A DNA stretch of 64,000 nt from Botryllus schlosseri. Its lineage: Eukaryota. Both the position numbers and the translations under genes were made by a program. The notes under the pieces are model-generated. The model saw nothing but the letters and a program-made list of their open reading frames with translations. It did not search any database and was not told where the DNA came from. Shown here in pieces: positions 36,726 through 60,172 of this stretch (its first letter is position 1; each line of letters begins with the position of its first letter). Location of the stretch: contig CM119384.1 of NCBI GenBank assembly GCA_051294905.1, positions 8,680,001-8,744,000 on the forward strand, written 5' to 3'.

Positions 36726-37361
36726 GTCATGCGCAATGACTCGAGTCCAAATCGAGTCAATTAACAGATTGACTCAAGCCATTTCCGTATTTGGAGATAA
36801 TGACTCGAGTCATCAGAAAATCGTGACTCAACTCGAGTCATTACAACCCCGCTTAATACTTAGAAATCAGTCAATCATCACCTAGCTAAATCAAATCGAG
36901 ACCGTTATCTATTGACTTCGCGCGGGCAAGCATATGGTTGAAAACGAGCTCAGCACCGGTGTAGCAGTCGATGTAGACGCATTAGCGTTTATGACACTTG
37001 AATTAACCCCAACTATTCCGGGTAATATAGTACGCTTTCCTTCCTCAGGCGCCACGTGATACAGAACACTCACGAAAGCCACTCTGCTACCAAATCACAT
37101 GATGCATAACGCATGGAACTCCTGCTCAGAACCAAGCCGATTGTTGCAGCATTCATTCACACCAAATCACAAATGCATATTTTCGTCGAATTGTTGCACT
37201 CAAGCTGACACTGTCAACAATCGAAGCGCGACCTCAATTTTAGTAACCTGCCTACTGCTCTCCTATATTATTTTCTCTTTGTCCGATTTGTTTTCCTACA
37301 AAATTGCTAATAAACCAATGATGACTTACGGGAACAAATCGATTAGTCTACCTGTCGCTGG

Positions 37362-37627
37362 CGGTTCCATACTATTACTGAGATGGACATTACCGAGAAC
37401 GGACATTCCTGAGAATGGACCTTACCGAGAATGGCCAATGCTAAGAACCTACCATACTGGGACGGGCGTTGTCGAGAAATTTAAACCGAGAATCGATACC
37501 GAATGGGGCAACGCCGTGATGCACACATACAACCTGTTCATATGCATAACATGCCTGCATTGCATATATTGCATTCACGGTAATATCCAGTCTCGGTAAT
37601 AGCATTCTCGGTATTGACCGGACACCG
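37362..37627. mobile_element. Probable small TIR element with ACCGAGAA(T/C)GG subrepeats
   Basis: Tandem TACCGAGAAYGG at the left, inverted CTCGGTA copies at the right, CGG/CCG termini. No clean TSD found. Confidence 0.4.
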
Positions 37628-37762
37628 CCGCTGACATGTAATGTCATTTTGTCATCTCCTTGTGGACTTAATAAAGCTTCCGTATTTCATGATTGACGAA
37701 GTACTTCAGTCTCTCTCACCCCGTTAAGAGCCATAAATATCACACCGAGCAGTTCAGACCAC

Positions 37763-37768
37763 TTTATT
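37763..37768 (-). terminator. Candidate polyadenylation signal of U2AF2
   Basis: AATAAA on the minus strand about 115 nt downstream of the stop. Confidence 0.5.
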
Positions 37769-37883
37769 TACATCCAGTAAAAATAGTTGTATAGCATCCG
37801 AGTGCCCTGCAGTCCAAAGCCATCACTTCCAGCAATGGAAGCATTCCGAGTCCATCACGTGTCGCCGCGCGAGAATCGCCATC

Positions 37884-46020
<8,137 letters not shown>

Positions 46021-46211
46021 CTTGCTACGTAAATTCAGAAATCTCAACTCAATACGCCAACGCCGCCGACAAATCTGAACACATTTTACATCCGCCAAAA
46101 ATTGCTTCTTCAAACAGCGACAGCGTGTGTTGAGATATGTCGCGATCATCTCTATGTTGATATAGCTACGTTATAAATTGCTATATATATTCCCTAAAAC
46201 AATGATTTATA

Positions 46212-46460
46212 CAGAGATGGTCAGTAACGAAGTACTTCAACTTTTTGAGGTATTTGAAGCAGATTTTGCCTACTCACACTACCTTTGAAGTAGTGATGAT
46301 TTTAGACTACTTCTACTTCTACTCGACAGTTTTCAGTTTTGTAGTCAAAAATAAGCGTAGAATGCCTACTTACTTACTTACTTGTGAACCACCACTCCTA
46401 ATTCTACTTGAGTAGAAATTACGGCGTTACTTCTACTTCTACTTGAGTAGCGACGGTGAC
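46212..46460. mobile_element. F2 copy (reverse orientation) upstream of U2AF2, truncated by a LINE tail
   Basis: CAGAGATGGTCAGTAACGAAGTAC... closely matches the reverse complement of 38539-38797. Confidence 0.85.
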
Positions 46461-46462
46461 TA

Positions 46463-46880
46463 CATCATCATCATTGGTTTATTAGCAATTTGATCAGTTC
46501 AATACACCACAAAAATATGCGATACAATGAAAAGACAGATATCGAAGCGACTTGGAGTAGTCTATATAATCAGACCCCCACCTTGACCTGGGCGATGTAA
46601 AGAGGAGGCATGCACACTGAATGAAAGTAAAGAAGATAGTATAGAAAAACGACAAGAAATCGGGCGGCATGTCATGGGAAGCGAGATCGATAAGTCAGTC
46701 GTGGTCCGGTAATCTTGAGGATGGACTGTATTTATTTAGTAGTAATTGCTTGTATTTCGACTTGAATGTGGACATGCTCGTCGACTGTCGGATGGCCGGC
46801 GGGATACTGTTCCACACATCAGGTAGAGCGATGATCTTTTCGGTCGATCATATGATATTTGGACGACTACTTTGAACACC
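46463..46880 (-). mobile_element. LINE 3' fragment with (TGA)n tail
   Basis: Reverse complement matches 26290-26700. Ends AATAAACCAATGATGATGATG. Confidence 0.8.
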
Positions 46881-46910
46881 TCTGGATTTATTTATATCAT
46901 TGTCAAAAAC

Positions 46911-47010
46911 CAGGGTCACCATTTACGTCCTAGGAAGATTTGTCCACCTTTTTCAAGAAATCGAAAATGTCTTCCGAGAACACCAAAATGTCCTCCTTTT
47001 GGTAATATAT
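46911..47010. mobile_element. F4-related fragment
   Basis: CAGGGTCACCAT...CGTCC...GATTTGTCC motifs resembling 3329 and 61904. Confidence 0.45.
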
Positions 47011-47024
47011 GGTCCTTCGTATCA

Positions 47025-47540
47025 TTGCCAGGCCCAGGGAGCCAGGCTGCGCGTCCAACAAATCACTGCTCAAAAATTGCGGTCTCCTAAACACAAAATA
47101 TATGCGTAAACTAGAAATTGCCAAGTTTGTGTATCAGTTCTATCCAGAGGTGGTCAGTAACGAAGTACTTGAAGTAGATTTTTTCTTCCCACACTAATTT
47201 TTAAGTAGTTATGATTTTAGACTACTTCTACTTCTACTTGACAGTTTTCAGTTTTGTAGGCACAAATAAGCGTAAAATACCTACTTACTTACTTACTTGT
47301 GAACCACTACTTCTACTTCTACTTGAGTAGAAATTCCGGCGTTACTTCTACTTCTACTTGAGTAGCGACGGTGACTACTTTGACCACCTTTGGTTCTATC
47401 GCGGTCACTTCCCAAAAAATTTTAATGACTTTTAATAACCTCGAAATCAAAAGCGCATAAGTGCAACACCCCTTCCTATATTTCATTGTATCGCAGAACC
47501 GGTGTAGTGAAATGATGAAATTGTTGAGAATAAATTAAAT
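47025..47540 (+). mobile_element. LINE fragment interrupted by an F2 MITE
   Basis: GTCCAACAAATCACTGCTC...AAACTAGAAATTG matches 26110-26220. Tail-like CATTGTATCGCAG...AATAAATT at the right end. Confidence 0.7.
47145..47392. mobile_element. F2 MITE (248 bp)
   Basis: CAGAGGTGGTCA...TGACCACCTTTG. Perfect TSD GTTCTATC. Confidence 0.9.
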
Positions 47541-48565
47541 AGAAAAATTTATTGCCTGGTCAGCCAGGTGATTGTACGGATAACTAAAAACGTCCTAAAT
47601 GACTCGACATCTGTGATTTGAATTGCCGACGGAGGCGACCATATAGTAACAAAAGTAGTTATATATTAATTTGGACTGTAGCTAGCCTACTGACGAAAGT
47701 TTTATATTGCCGTAGTACTTATAGGCCTACTCGATCAAGTAGTGGTAATTTTACACTATTTCCATTGTATTTCTATGCCTTTGGAGGCTTATAACTACTT
47801 CTTACATTCTATATCAACCAGAACGTCGAATTGAATGAAACTATCATGGTATTCGAGTGTGTTTCAAAAATTCAGTTTATTTGTGGCATCACTATACTTG
47901 AAAAGAATGATAAGTTGAAATTTTGTAATTCCGAAAGTTCTCACCCGTGATTGACTTACCAAAGCTGGAGCATGCCTTGAAAATCTCTAGTTCTGTTAGT
48001 TCACTCGTCCAGTTAAACGTATCGAGCAACAATCAGCGGTCATGATTTGAATCACGAAATGGTTGGCGTTGGTAGTATATGAGCCAGACCAACTACAAAT
48101 AGTGGTACACGGTCAGCAACGAAGCAGGTAGCCTATACTTCTACTTGTGGAAGTACTTCAATTAGACTTTGCCTAATCGCACTACTTCGTCAAGTTGTTA
48201 ATGATTTAGGACTATACTTCTCAGGCACGTATAGCCCCCCTCTCCCTTGAAACTATAAACCCCACACTTTAGAAATGTCGATTGTATCCCAGATCATTCT
48301 TAGCTCATTATGCAGGTCAGCGATTCGTATTATCAATACATCCTATTTAGCGAGAATGGGCTATATATGGAACCACAGGTGCACACTGCACATGCACATT
48401 GCACAATACACACGAACGGCGACCTGCTGAGACTGTAATTGTGCTGTACGCGAAATCGAGTGATTGGCATATCCTGTTGTGTAGAGATACGATATACGTA
48501 GTGGCCGTCGAAACTATCGTGTCTCCTGCGATCGTGATGTCATGCCGGCTCAAGACCGCGAGGAC

Positions 48566-48910
48566 GCCTATCCGACAGTCGTCGAGCACTCGAGCATGTC
48601 CGCATTCAAGTCGGAATACAGGCAATTTCTGCTAAATCAATACTAGCCAGTCTTCAGGATTACCGGACCACGACCTAACATCGACCTCGCCCTCCGCCAC
48701 ATGCCACCTCATTTTGTCGCTTGCGTCTTATATTCTCTGCATTACTTTTCGTCCAGTGTGCATGCCTCTTATTTACTTTGCCTAGGCTAAGGTGGGTGTC
48801 TGATCTTAAAGGCTACTCCAAGTTGTTTCGACACCTTCCTATCTTTTCATTGTATCGCAGCCTGGTGATGTTTTGTAACGATGAAAATATTAATAAACCT
48901 GATTGATTGA
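48566..48910 (+). mobile_element. LINE 3' fragment with (TGAT)n tail
   Basis: Matches 26380-26700 and is nearly identical to 61165-61440. Ends AATAAACCTGATTGATTGA. Confidence 0.85.
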
Positions 48911-49442
48911 CGTAAGCGGATGGGTGTGACCGGTGTTAGACTCCAGCGACGTAATTGATTTCGATTTGCGTTTGAACTCACCGATCAGAATCGTAATCAC
49001 TTCTGAGGGGATTCCGGACGAGACTCGGACATCTGCGAAAATAGTTCCTATAATTTCAATTCGACAACATAAGCTCGCTCATACTGTAGTCGTTTGTTCT
49101 TATAACGGAGTGATTGAAATCTTCTGATATTGTCAGCGAACACATTACATATTAGCGGGAGAGATCATTCATTCTAGGGTCAGCTTCGCACCTCTTACTT
49201 GATCTTGCCAGATTTTAGTTTTTTATTTGCACAAAACTAAGCCTAAAATACCTGTAAATCTACACTACTTTTTGAGTAGAAATTGACAGCATTGCTTCGA
49301 TTACTTGACCACCACTGCTGACTACTTGGATACTAACTTATTCAGAGTCATACTGCGGACCGGCATGTCACAGAACCACTCAAACAGAAAACAGTCTTCT
49401 ATAAAGAATTTCTCTTTGATCAAACAATCTTCCAACAAACCA

Positions 49443-52458
<3,016 letters not shown>

Positions 52459-53218
52459 TTCCACAGACTTAGCCTGGCATACAGAAATGCGAGGATACGC
52501 AGTAGTAAGAGGCCGGTAACTGCCAGTAGTCAAGCTTAGCCAAAGTCACCACCAACAAAATCAATTGTACAAGGGTGCCTTTAAACGGATGATGGCGTAT
52601 GCGGAAACAACGGAACGATTTAGCTGACGATGACAAAAGCATCAGTTTGTTTACGTTTCATTCTTGTTTATTCCATCGTTATGAGATAAAACACTCATTT
52701 ATTATAATACATATATAACATATATATCTTATTTCTCACCATCTTATGCGTACGTCTGGAAAACGATTATTATTTCATGATTACTCTACCGTAGTCCGCG
52801 TAATTCGGTGCTGTCGTTATTTTAGTGACACCGGATATTGATAGGGTTCCGACATCAACAGTACAACAACACAACAACAGATACATTCCCATTGTCGAAG
52901 TCATCATTATATTTTGACGATGACGATGTCAAAATATACTGCAGCGATTTCACGTTGTACTATAGTCAGGGGTTAGCTTACAAAACATGCTCCTTGCTTA
53001 GTCCATGACATGCTGACATCGCCAATTTTAATCTACCCCGCTTGTTTTGCTTTTGCACTAATCACGACAACGTAGACAGAAAGCGCACAGCAGTGTATAG
53101 TAGGCCTACCTAGCGGCGCAGCACTTGTTTTACGTTCTTTTTTGCGTAATATGGCAGACGAATGAATATTTTCATGGAAAACTGAATATAGCAGATATTA
53201 TTCTTTGGGTGGTTATAT

Positions 53219-53262
53219 TATAGATTACTAACCTGCGCCCTGCGGTAGGTTAGTAATCTATA
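53219..53262. repeat. 44-bp hairpin with perfect 16-bp arms in the NDUFS8/SGF29 divergent intergenic region
   Basis: TATAGATTACTAACCT-12 nt-AGGTTAGTAATCTATA, flanked by GTTATAT direct repeats. Confidence 0.8.
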
Positions 53263-53567
53263 GTTATATGTGTAGTGCATGTAATCATGAACTTACGCAA
53301 TATTTTAACTGACCGCTACTGCAGAGTTTATATATACAGTATGTATCTGTAATAGACAGTTCGATTATTTGCCTCCGATGGGCGATCTAAGGCACACAAT
53401 GTGATGAAATTGAAAGGTAGGGAAGTCGGACGGCCAAGTACAGTCAATTTAACAACCACCTCGGCCCACTGGTAGTACTTGTTATATGCCTGATAAACCA
53501 CTGTCATGATCTTTCGCTTTCCAGATTTAGCTTTCAAGAGGTATTTTCAGTTACAGCACTATCAACT

Positions 53568-55315
53568 ATGAGTGAACACGATATCAAAATAAAGGCGTTG
53601 CTGCAAGATTTACACGACGCTGTCTGTTCAGCCCAAGAGGAACGAAACTTTAGCGAAAAAAATCTGGACAACATTTCAAAAGCTCATGACAAGATTGAAG
53701 CAGAGAACAAATGTGATTATTACCTCATTATCCGTCTCGAAGTCTATTTGACTCCGATCGTATGTGTGTATATTGTATAAGCTCATAGCTTCAAGCTTGT
53801 GTCAGTCAAGTGGAGTATCATCATTGGAGTATTGAATAACATGCTTGTTTCATTTCAGTATCTCCATACTACAAACACAAGCTGAAGAATTTCTATTCCT
53901 CAGCCTTGACAGATGCCGAAAAAGAATGTGATGCGTTGAAAAGCGGATTGGAAATTATAACAAAAATCAAGAACTTGCAAGAAGAAAAACGTATGGCGAT
54001 GAGATACACAGGTGCATTAAAATATCATTGTCCAAATGCAATGATCAAACACCTGTTTTACTGGTAGGATCCCAAGGCGGCACAGACCAGCCTCGCAAAA
54101 CAATGAGAAGGGGTGTTCTTATGAGCATGTTGCAGAAATCAGCACAAACATTGCCGCTCTGGATTGGCAAACCAGGAGAGAAGTATAAAACTATTAGCAG
54201 CACAAAACTCTTTCCTAGACTCTTTGTTTATGTGGTCTTTCGTTCAGGCCACCTCCACTGTGTGGAGCTATTCCACCAGCCGCAGACTATGTGGCCAAGC
54301 CTGGAGATAAAGTAGCCGCACGGGTACCGAGCATGGAAGAAGAAGAGCAATGGATACTTGCAGAAGTAGGTGGTGGTGACTTACCCAATACCCATGCACT
54401 ATGCAGTGTTAGCGACACACTAAAGGCTCCTCTGTTAACGTAGTTCAAAGCAGTGTCGGGATGTCTGAATGGACTCGGATTCGACGATAATAATAGTAAC
54501 GACTCGTATCAATGTCGTAGTTGAAAGACATCCACATTTAGTTTGACTTGGCTTAGCATAATCGTCTTTATACCATTATGCACCTACACATAATTCAAAT
54601 CCCAAAGGGATTGATTAACCAGATCCATGGTTTCACTGGCATTTGGATATTGACACCACAGCCGCTGACCACATACAACCAATTGAATTGATGAGTGTAC
54701 TTTCACAATAACAACTAAGGAATAGTATATTCACTGTCAGTCGGAAATATTCGGGTTATTTCAATATGAATATACCATTCAGTTGTATATTTAAGTTCTG
54801 TACCTCCAAGAAGCTCTATAACAACTGAGGTTACGCAATTCACATATCACTAACCATTTTCATAAAGTATTTTTCCTGCTATTATCATCTTTCAGGTTGT
54901 TTCTTTCAACCAACTCAGCAATAAATACGAAGTCGATGATATTGACGAAGAGGGGAAAGAATGCCACACTTTAAGCAAGAGAAGGGTAGTCCCGCTGCCG
55001 CAGTGGAGGGCTAACCCAGACACAGATCCAGATGCCATATACAGCAAAGGAACGGTATGGGGTAGTAGTGGTAGTGGTGCTGTTTTTTGGTTCATCAACA
55101 CAACTTCCATGAATTTTCAGCTGGTGATGGCGTTGTATCCTCAGACGACATGCTTCTACCGAGCCGTCATTTGTTCACAACCGAAGACATCCCAAGATGA
55201 ATATATGGTTCTTTTTGAAGACAGTTCATACCCAGACGGATACTCTCCCTCTCTTCCAGTAGCGCAGAGGTATGTGGTTGTGCCCAAGGAGATGAGAGAT
55301 GGTCGACGTCGCTAG
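53568..55315 (+). CDS. SGF29: SAGA complex-associated factor 29 (tandem Tudor), ~294 aa
   Basis: Exons 53568-53712, 53859-54011, 54068-54182, 54248-54365, 54896-55054, 55121-55315. RKTMRRGVLM...LPLWIGKPGEKPPPLCGAIP, EQWILAEVV, KYEVDDIDEEGKE, ALYPQTTCFYRA, VLFEDSSYPDGYSP. Confidence 0.96.
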
Positions 55316-55319
55316 GTCC

Positions 55320-57540
55320 TCATAGAGAAGAAATCTTGTCACAATGAAGCAGTGCTTTGTCCGGATCATCTTTATAAAGCATGAAATGTGCCTGAACTTG
55401 AGCCATATTCAGCGACTGGGAGTGCTTAGCACAGTTTTGCGCAAAAGCGTGTGCTTGTGTGTCAGTAGCATTCGGGAAAAACCTTATGAACATGCATGCC
55501 AGCTGGTACTCTGTAGAATGGCTGACCATTTCCTTCATGTCCACCCGTCCAGGCCGCAAGAGTGCGGGATCAAGTCTGAACAACAGGATGTCAGGAGAAA
55601 TATACCACAAAAATGCAATGGCGATTACCTTTCAATATGATTTGTAGTCATGAAGACGATTCTTGCTTCCGAAGACACTACGCCATCCAGAGCGTTCAGT
55701 AATCCGCTAAATGTGATAGACCCCATTCCTTGATATCTTGGATCTGTAATAATAATAAAATAGTGATTAAAACACAATGCTTGTGTCAATTCTGCATTGT
55801 AGCAGCAACTTTAGCTTTATCGCATGATAAGGAGAAAGTCCATATTCATATTATTTCACACAGTATATATAAAACCAAGGCTGGGCAATCGAAGAAAGCA
55901 TACTGAAAGAATTTCATCATATCACGCACCATTTTGAACAGCTGTCCTGTCCACAAATGCAGCATCAATGTCCTCCAAGAGGATTATGCTCTGAGGAGGA
56001 GCGGAGGCCATGAAACTCAACAGCCTATCATCTGACAACGACCAATCGCCGATGTTCAAAACACAAATGCTGTACTCCAGCTCTCCTGCCAGGGCTGTAC
56101 TGTTAAGACATACAAATCAACATTTGTATGGAACGCGCACAGAAACAACTCACATAAAGCTTGTTTTACCACAACCAGGTGGGCCATAGAGAAGATAACC
56201 ACGTCGATATGGTATTCCCCTGTCAGTATACCACTCTTGAGATAATGTAAAATGACGAACATCGGAGAGAATCCTTTCACTTTGTCCCTGGTCGAGAATT
56301 ACAGAATGCAGTGGTCTACGGCGTTGCGGATTACCAAATTGGCGCCATTCGTGACCCATTGGCTTGAATACCAACGTCATGCCTTGACGTTCCATAAATG
56401 CATCGTTTCTCGCTGAAACAGTTGAATATTCAATATTTGCTCGAGCTCAGTAAGAATATTAATGGCGGAGCATCATAGAATGTGACCACTATGTAGTATA
56501 TTAGGCCTACCATAGAAGAAAAGTGAATGATACTCCGAGGACGCATTTCGATGAAGGGTACTCCGAGGACGGATTTCGAGTCAGTTGCTTATACTGTAAA
56601 CAAGACTTTGAAGCGAGACATTGTATTTATTACAAAAAAAAAATACTACAGCCATCCCTACTTTCCTAATTGTTATTGCGCACATTGTTCGGTGTTCTCG
56701 GTAACAGCTGGGCCTTTTTACATGCAACAATCTGTCATAAACTTTTTGGCCACCAAGGAAATGTAGAACATCGAACTCAAACGTCACAATTCTACTTTCA
56801 TTGTGATAGCTGACAGTAAAAAGACCTCTTTGGGGTGCTGAAAATATATTGGGTCAGAGTATAGGTATATGATCTATTCCTACATTGACTTGAGTTATCC
56901 TTACCTTCATATAATATGTCTTCAAATAGTTCTTTATTTCGCCCTAATGTTGTAAGAGTTACGGTTTCATAGGGAACATGCCGTGATTGGTCTACCATCT
57001 GTTTCTCTCTATTTCTTTCAATCCGAATTGGAAATTTCTTATACCTGTCAAATATTTAAACACAGCCCATTAGCACCAAGACTGCAGCAATTCAAAAAAG
57101 ATCTACCGGAATACCAGATGTAATGTGATCCAGGGCTTGGCATGAACTTGAACGAGGTTGAGATTTTCCCGCTGTGAAGCTGTTCAAATGCAGTGTTGAC
57201 ACTGACGTGACAGGACATGTCTGGACGCTTTGCTATCCACTGTAGCACCCAGCCGTAGCTGTGATCGGACACTGGTATCTCCAGGGTGGTGATGAGGTAC
57301 CTTAAAAAAATTTGAAAGATGGCTATGACCATTTGTGATACTAATGGACGCGCTATCGACTTATTGCCTGAGGACAGATTTTGAGTATCAAAGAATGCGA
57401 ATATACCTCCTCATGACTTGGGTAGCATAACCAGAGCTCTTTTTGAGCAAGCCTGCTGCAGTTCCAATAGCGAAAAGTCCGAATCCCGCGCCAAAGTACG
57501 GGTTGTCACCGAGGGTCAATAGGGCTTCGGGCAACGGCAT
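55320..57540 (-). CDS. BCS1L: Mitochondrial AAA chaperone BCS1 (~419 aa)
   Basis: Exons 57540-57407, 57300-57115, 57044-56905, 56412-56154, 56099-55930, 55743-55629, 55575-55320. [32 protein letters not shown] (Walker A), [31 protein letters not shown]. Confidence 0.97.
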
Positions 57541-57609
57541 CTCGAAGGGTTACTTACACGCACCCTTGATGTGCGGGCTGTACGTGAAATCACAGCAACA
57601 GGTCAAATG

Positions 57610-58834
57610 CAGTGTTGCCAACTCCGGATGGAAGAAAATCGCTAGATGGCGCTAAATATTGACAAAAAAGCGCTGAAAAATAGCGCTAAATCTGCAAAAG
57701 GTGCCAAAGGTATTAAATTGAACCATTATATCGATATATTCTTCTCAGCTATATTTTACTCGTCTGGGGCCAAAGTCACTTATCATATTTTTAGTTCATA
57801 ATACGTAATAGTCATATCTAAGCGGGACAAAACGGCAGTGCATTTCGATAAAGCAGATCGCTTTGCGCAACGATCGCTATACGTGAACAGACTGAACACT
57901 GACCAGGTTTGCAGGCATAACCGCTCACTATATCAGCGTGCCTTACTCGATGCGTCCGTGAATACGTGATGAAATGTACCGTGGTTATGCGCTTGACTTC
58001 TTCTCTAAACTGTGTTGGAGTTGGCCTACTTGAACACGACATGACACCCGTGTACACGACATGCGACTTGACCCGACACAACACGACATTGAAACGGGTT
58101 TGTTTGCCACTATAAGTAGAGACCTTAGCCTACGAAAATAATCCGAGGACCAACCCGGGAAAATGTAATTAATGCTAACTGTAATTAATCCGGTCTTAAA
58201 CGAATGACCAGACATTGGAGCGACCTCAAAACAGCCCCCAAAGTCTGGAAATCGGCATTGATATGAACAATCGCTGGACGAAATTGGTCATTGTTATGTT
58301 CATTGTGTTGCGGCGGTGCCATTGTTGGAGCAATAATGCCGGTTTTCAGACTTTGAGGGCTGTTTCGGGGTGCATGGTTCCATTGTCTGGACGAGATTTT
58401 ATTTTGTATTTTCGAAATCACTGCGACACTATCTTTCGATCATGGCCATTGGCCAATTTTACTAAATTTCAGCGTTAAGGTCGCCAGATGTAGCACTGCC
58501 AACTATGCTACAATTACATTACTCAGCAAGAAGAGACACTGTTTGCCCGTGCGTAACCGCCAGGAGTTGCGTATCTACTACTATCTATCGGTAGGTAGTA
58601 ATCTATAATTATATATCATCGGAGTCCGCTCTCTGGTGACCGGTATAGCCAATGCAGTCGTCAGCCAGAACTGATCTTTATTGGTTATTTCGGTAAAAAA
58701 GCGCTAAATAATCGCTAAATACTTTTTCAAAAATCGCTAGATTTATATCTAGGCGCTAGATCCATATTTTTTGGCGCTAAACCGGATGAAAAATCGCTAG
58801 ATCTAGCGCGAAAATCGCTAAATTGGCAACACTG
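57610..58834. mobile_element. hAT-type element family F5 (1225 bp) just upstream of the BCS1L ATG
   Basis: TIRs CAGTGTTGCCAA / TTGGCAACACTG. Perfect TSD GTCAAATG (57602-57609, 58835-58842). (A/G)TCGCTA and GGCGCTA subterminal repeats. Confidence 0.92.
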
Positions 58835-58981
58835 GTCAAATGCCGGCAATACAATAACAACATGCGAGTGTACCGGTTGAGTGATTTTTACAGCCTGAGA
58901 AGAGTTGAGCGGATTTGAAATTCCCTTGCCCTAATCCAATCCAAATCCGAAGCTTGAAAGCCTAATCCAGAAATTTTGTAT

Positions 58982-59113
58982 ATCAATCAATCAGTCAGTT
59001 TTATTAATATTTTCATCATTTCAAAACAACACAAGACTGCAATTCAACGAGAAGATAGGAAGGTGCCGAAAGAACTTGGAGTAGCCTCTAAGATCAGACA
59101 CCCACCTTAGCCC
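58982..59113 (-). mobile_element. Short LINE tail copy
   Basis: Reverse complement of GGGTGTCTGATCTT...GATTGATTGA tail. Confidence 0.65.
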
Positions 59114-59382
59114 ACCCAAGCCTATTTCAATCCTAATCCGATTCAAACTTGGAATTCCACTTGGAAAGCCTACATCTTACGCCTATAATTCTGCAAAAAG
59201 ACATAAAACGCTAAAGGTGTGCCAATGAAGATGAAGTAACTCTGGTAAGTCTTTGTCGCCGTTCGCCACAGACACCAATCTCCCCGAAAATCGGTGAATC
59301 CAATCCTGATCCTAATCCATTGAAGACTAGGGTAGTCACTCATAGTTCAGTGACGTTGGGTTGTATTATCCGGATAACGGTT

Positions 59383-59664
59383 CATCATCATCATTGGTTT
59401 ATTATCAATTTTATCAGTTCAATACACCACAAAAAATGCCATACAATGAAAAGAAACGAAGATGTGGCAGCGACTAGGAGTTGTCTATGGAATCGGACGT
59501 AGGTTAGTTATCGATAATCGGACACCCACCTTGGCCTAGGCGACACTGAATGAAAGTAAAGAGGATAGTATAGAAAAAGGAAGCGACAAGAAATAGGGCG
59601 GCATGTCATGGGAAGCGAGATCGATTGGTCAGTCGTGGTCCGGTAATCTTGAGGATGGACTGTA
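59383..59664 (-). mobile_element. LINE 3' UTR copy with (TGA)n tail
   Basis: Close match to 46463-46735. Confidence 0.8.
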
Positions 59665-59829
59665 ACCGATTAACCGCATTTTTTTAATTATCTGATATCC
59701 GGATATAATTCTGCCGGTTAACCGGATAAAGGAGTATTGTTGCTAATGCGTTTTACACTTTTTAGTGAGCTTAAATAAGTCATATTATGAGTGTTGCGCG
59801 CGGCCAACTAGCGAGATATGACTGTGCAG

Positions 59830-60020
59830 TAGTGCGGAGCGGATCGACAAATTCTCTGGTCCGGCTCCGATCCGGTTTGCCAATTCTCTGGTACGGCTCC
59901 GATCCGCCTCTGGCCGTATCAGGATAAAGTACTGATCCGGCTCCGATCCAGTCCGGTCCGGCCCAAATTGAATATATCCGGCCGGATATCCAATCCGGCT
60001 CCGGTCCATACTCCGCACCA
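59830..60020. repeat. CCGGATC/TCCGGC-rich short element, probably a MITE
   Basis: Repeated CCGGCTCCGATCC units, ends TAGTGCGGAG / CTCCGCACCA. No convincing TSD. Confidence 0.45.
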
Positions 60021-60172
60021 GTGTGCGCAAAATGTAATGCGGCGCGATCTCTCGCTGAGAAGATCTAGAAATTGGGTCGTTGATTGCCGCGAGCTCGGCT
60101 ATAGTCGCTGGCCTGATTTATCGCGTCTTCAACAAGCGTCTAGTTCAGCTGGCTAGAAGAAACGCATCCGCA

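Larger units (their letters stand above)
34754..36851. mobile_element. F3 element hosting nested insertions
   Basis: CAGGGTTGTAA ... TTACAACCCCG. TSD CTTGATAC / CTTAATAC (7/8). Confidence 0.8.

Noticed and set aside
37099-37599. 166-aa ORF
   Set aside because: It runs through a repeat element and low-complexity intergenic DNA, with no recognisable domain.
46463-47540. Oppositely oriented adjacent LINE pieces suggesting a twin-priming inversion
   Set aside because: The + piece has its own tail-like end (47470-47540) and an F4-like fragment separates the two, so independent insertions are simpler.
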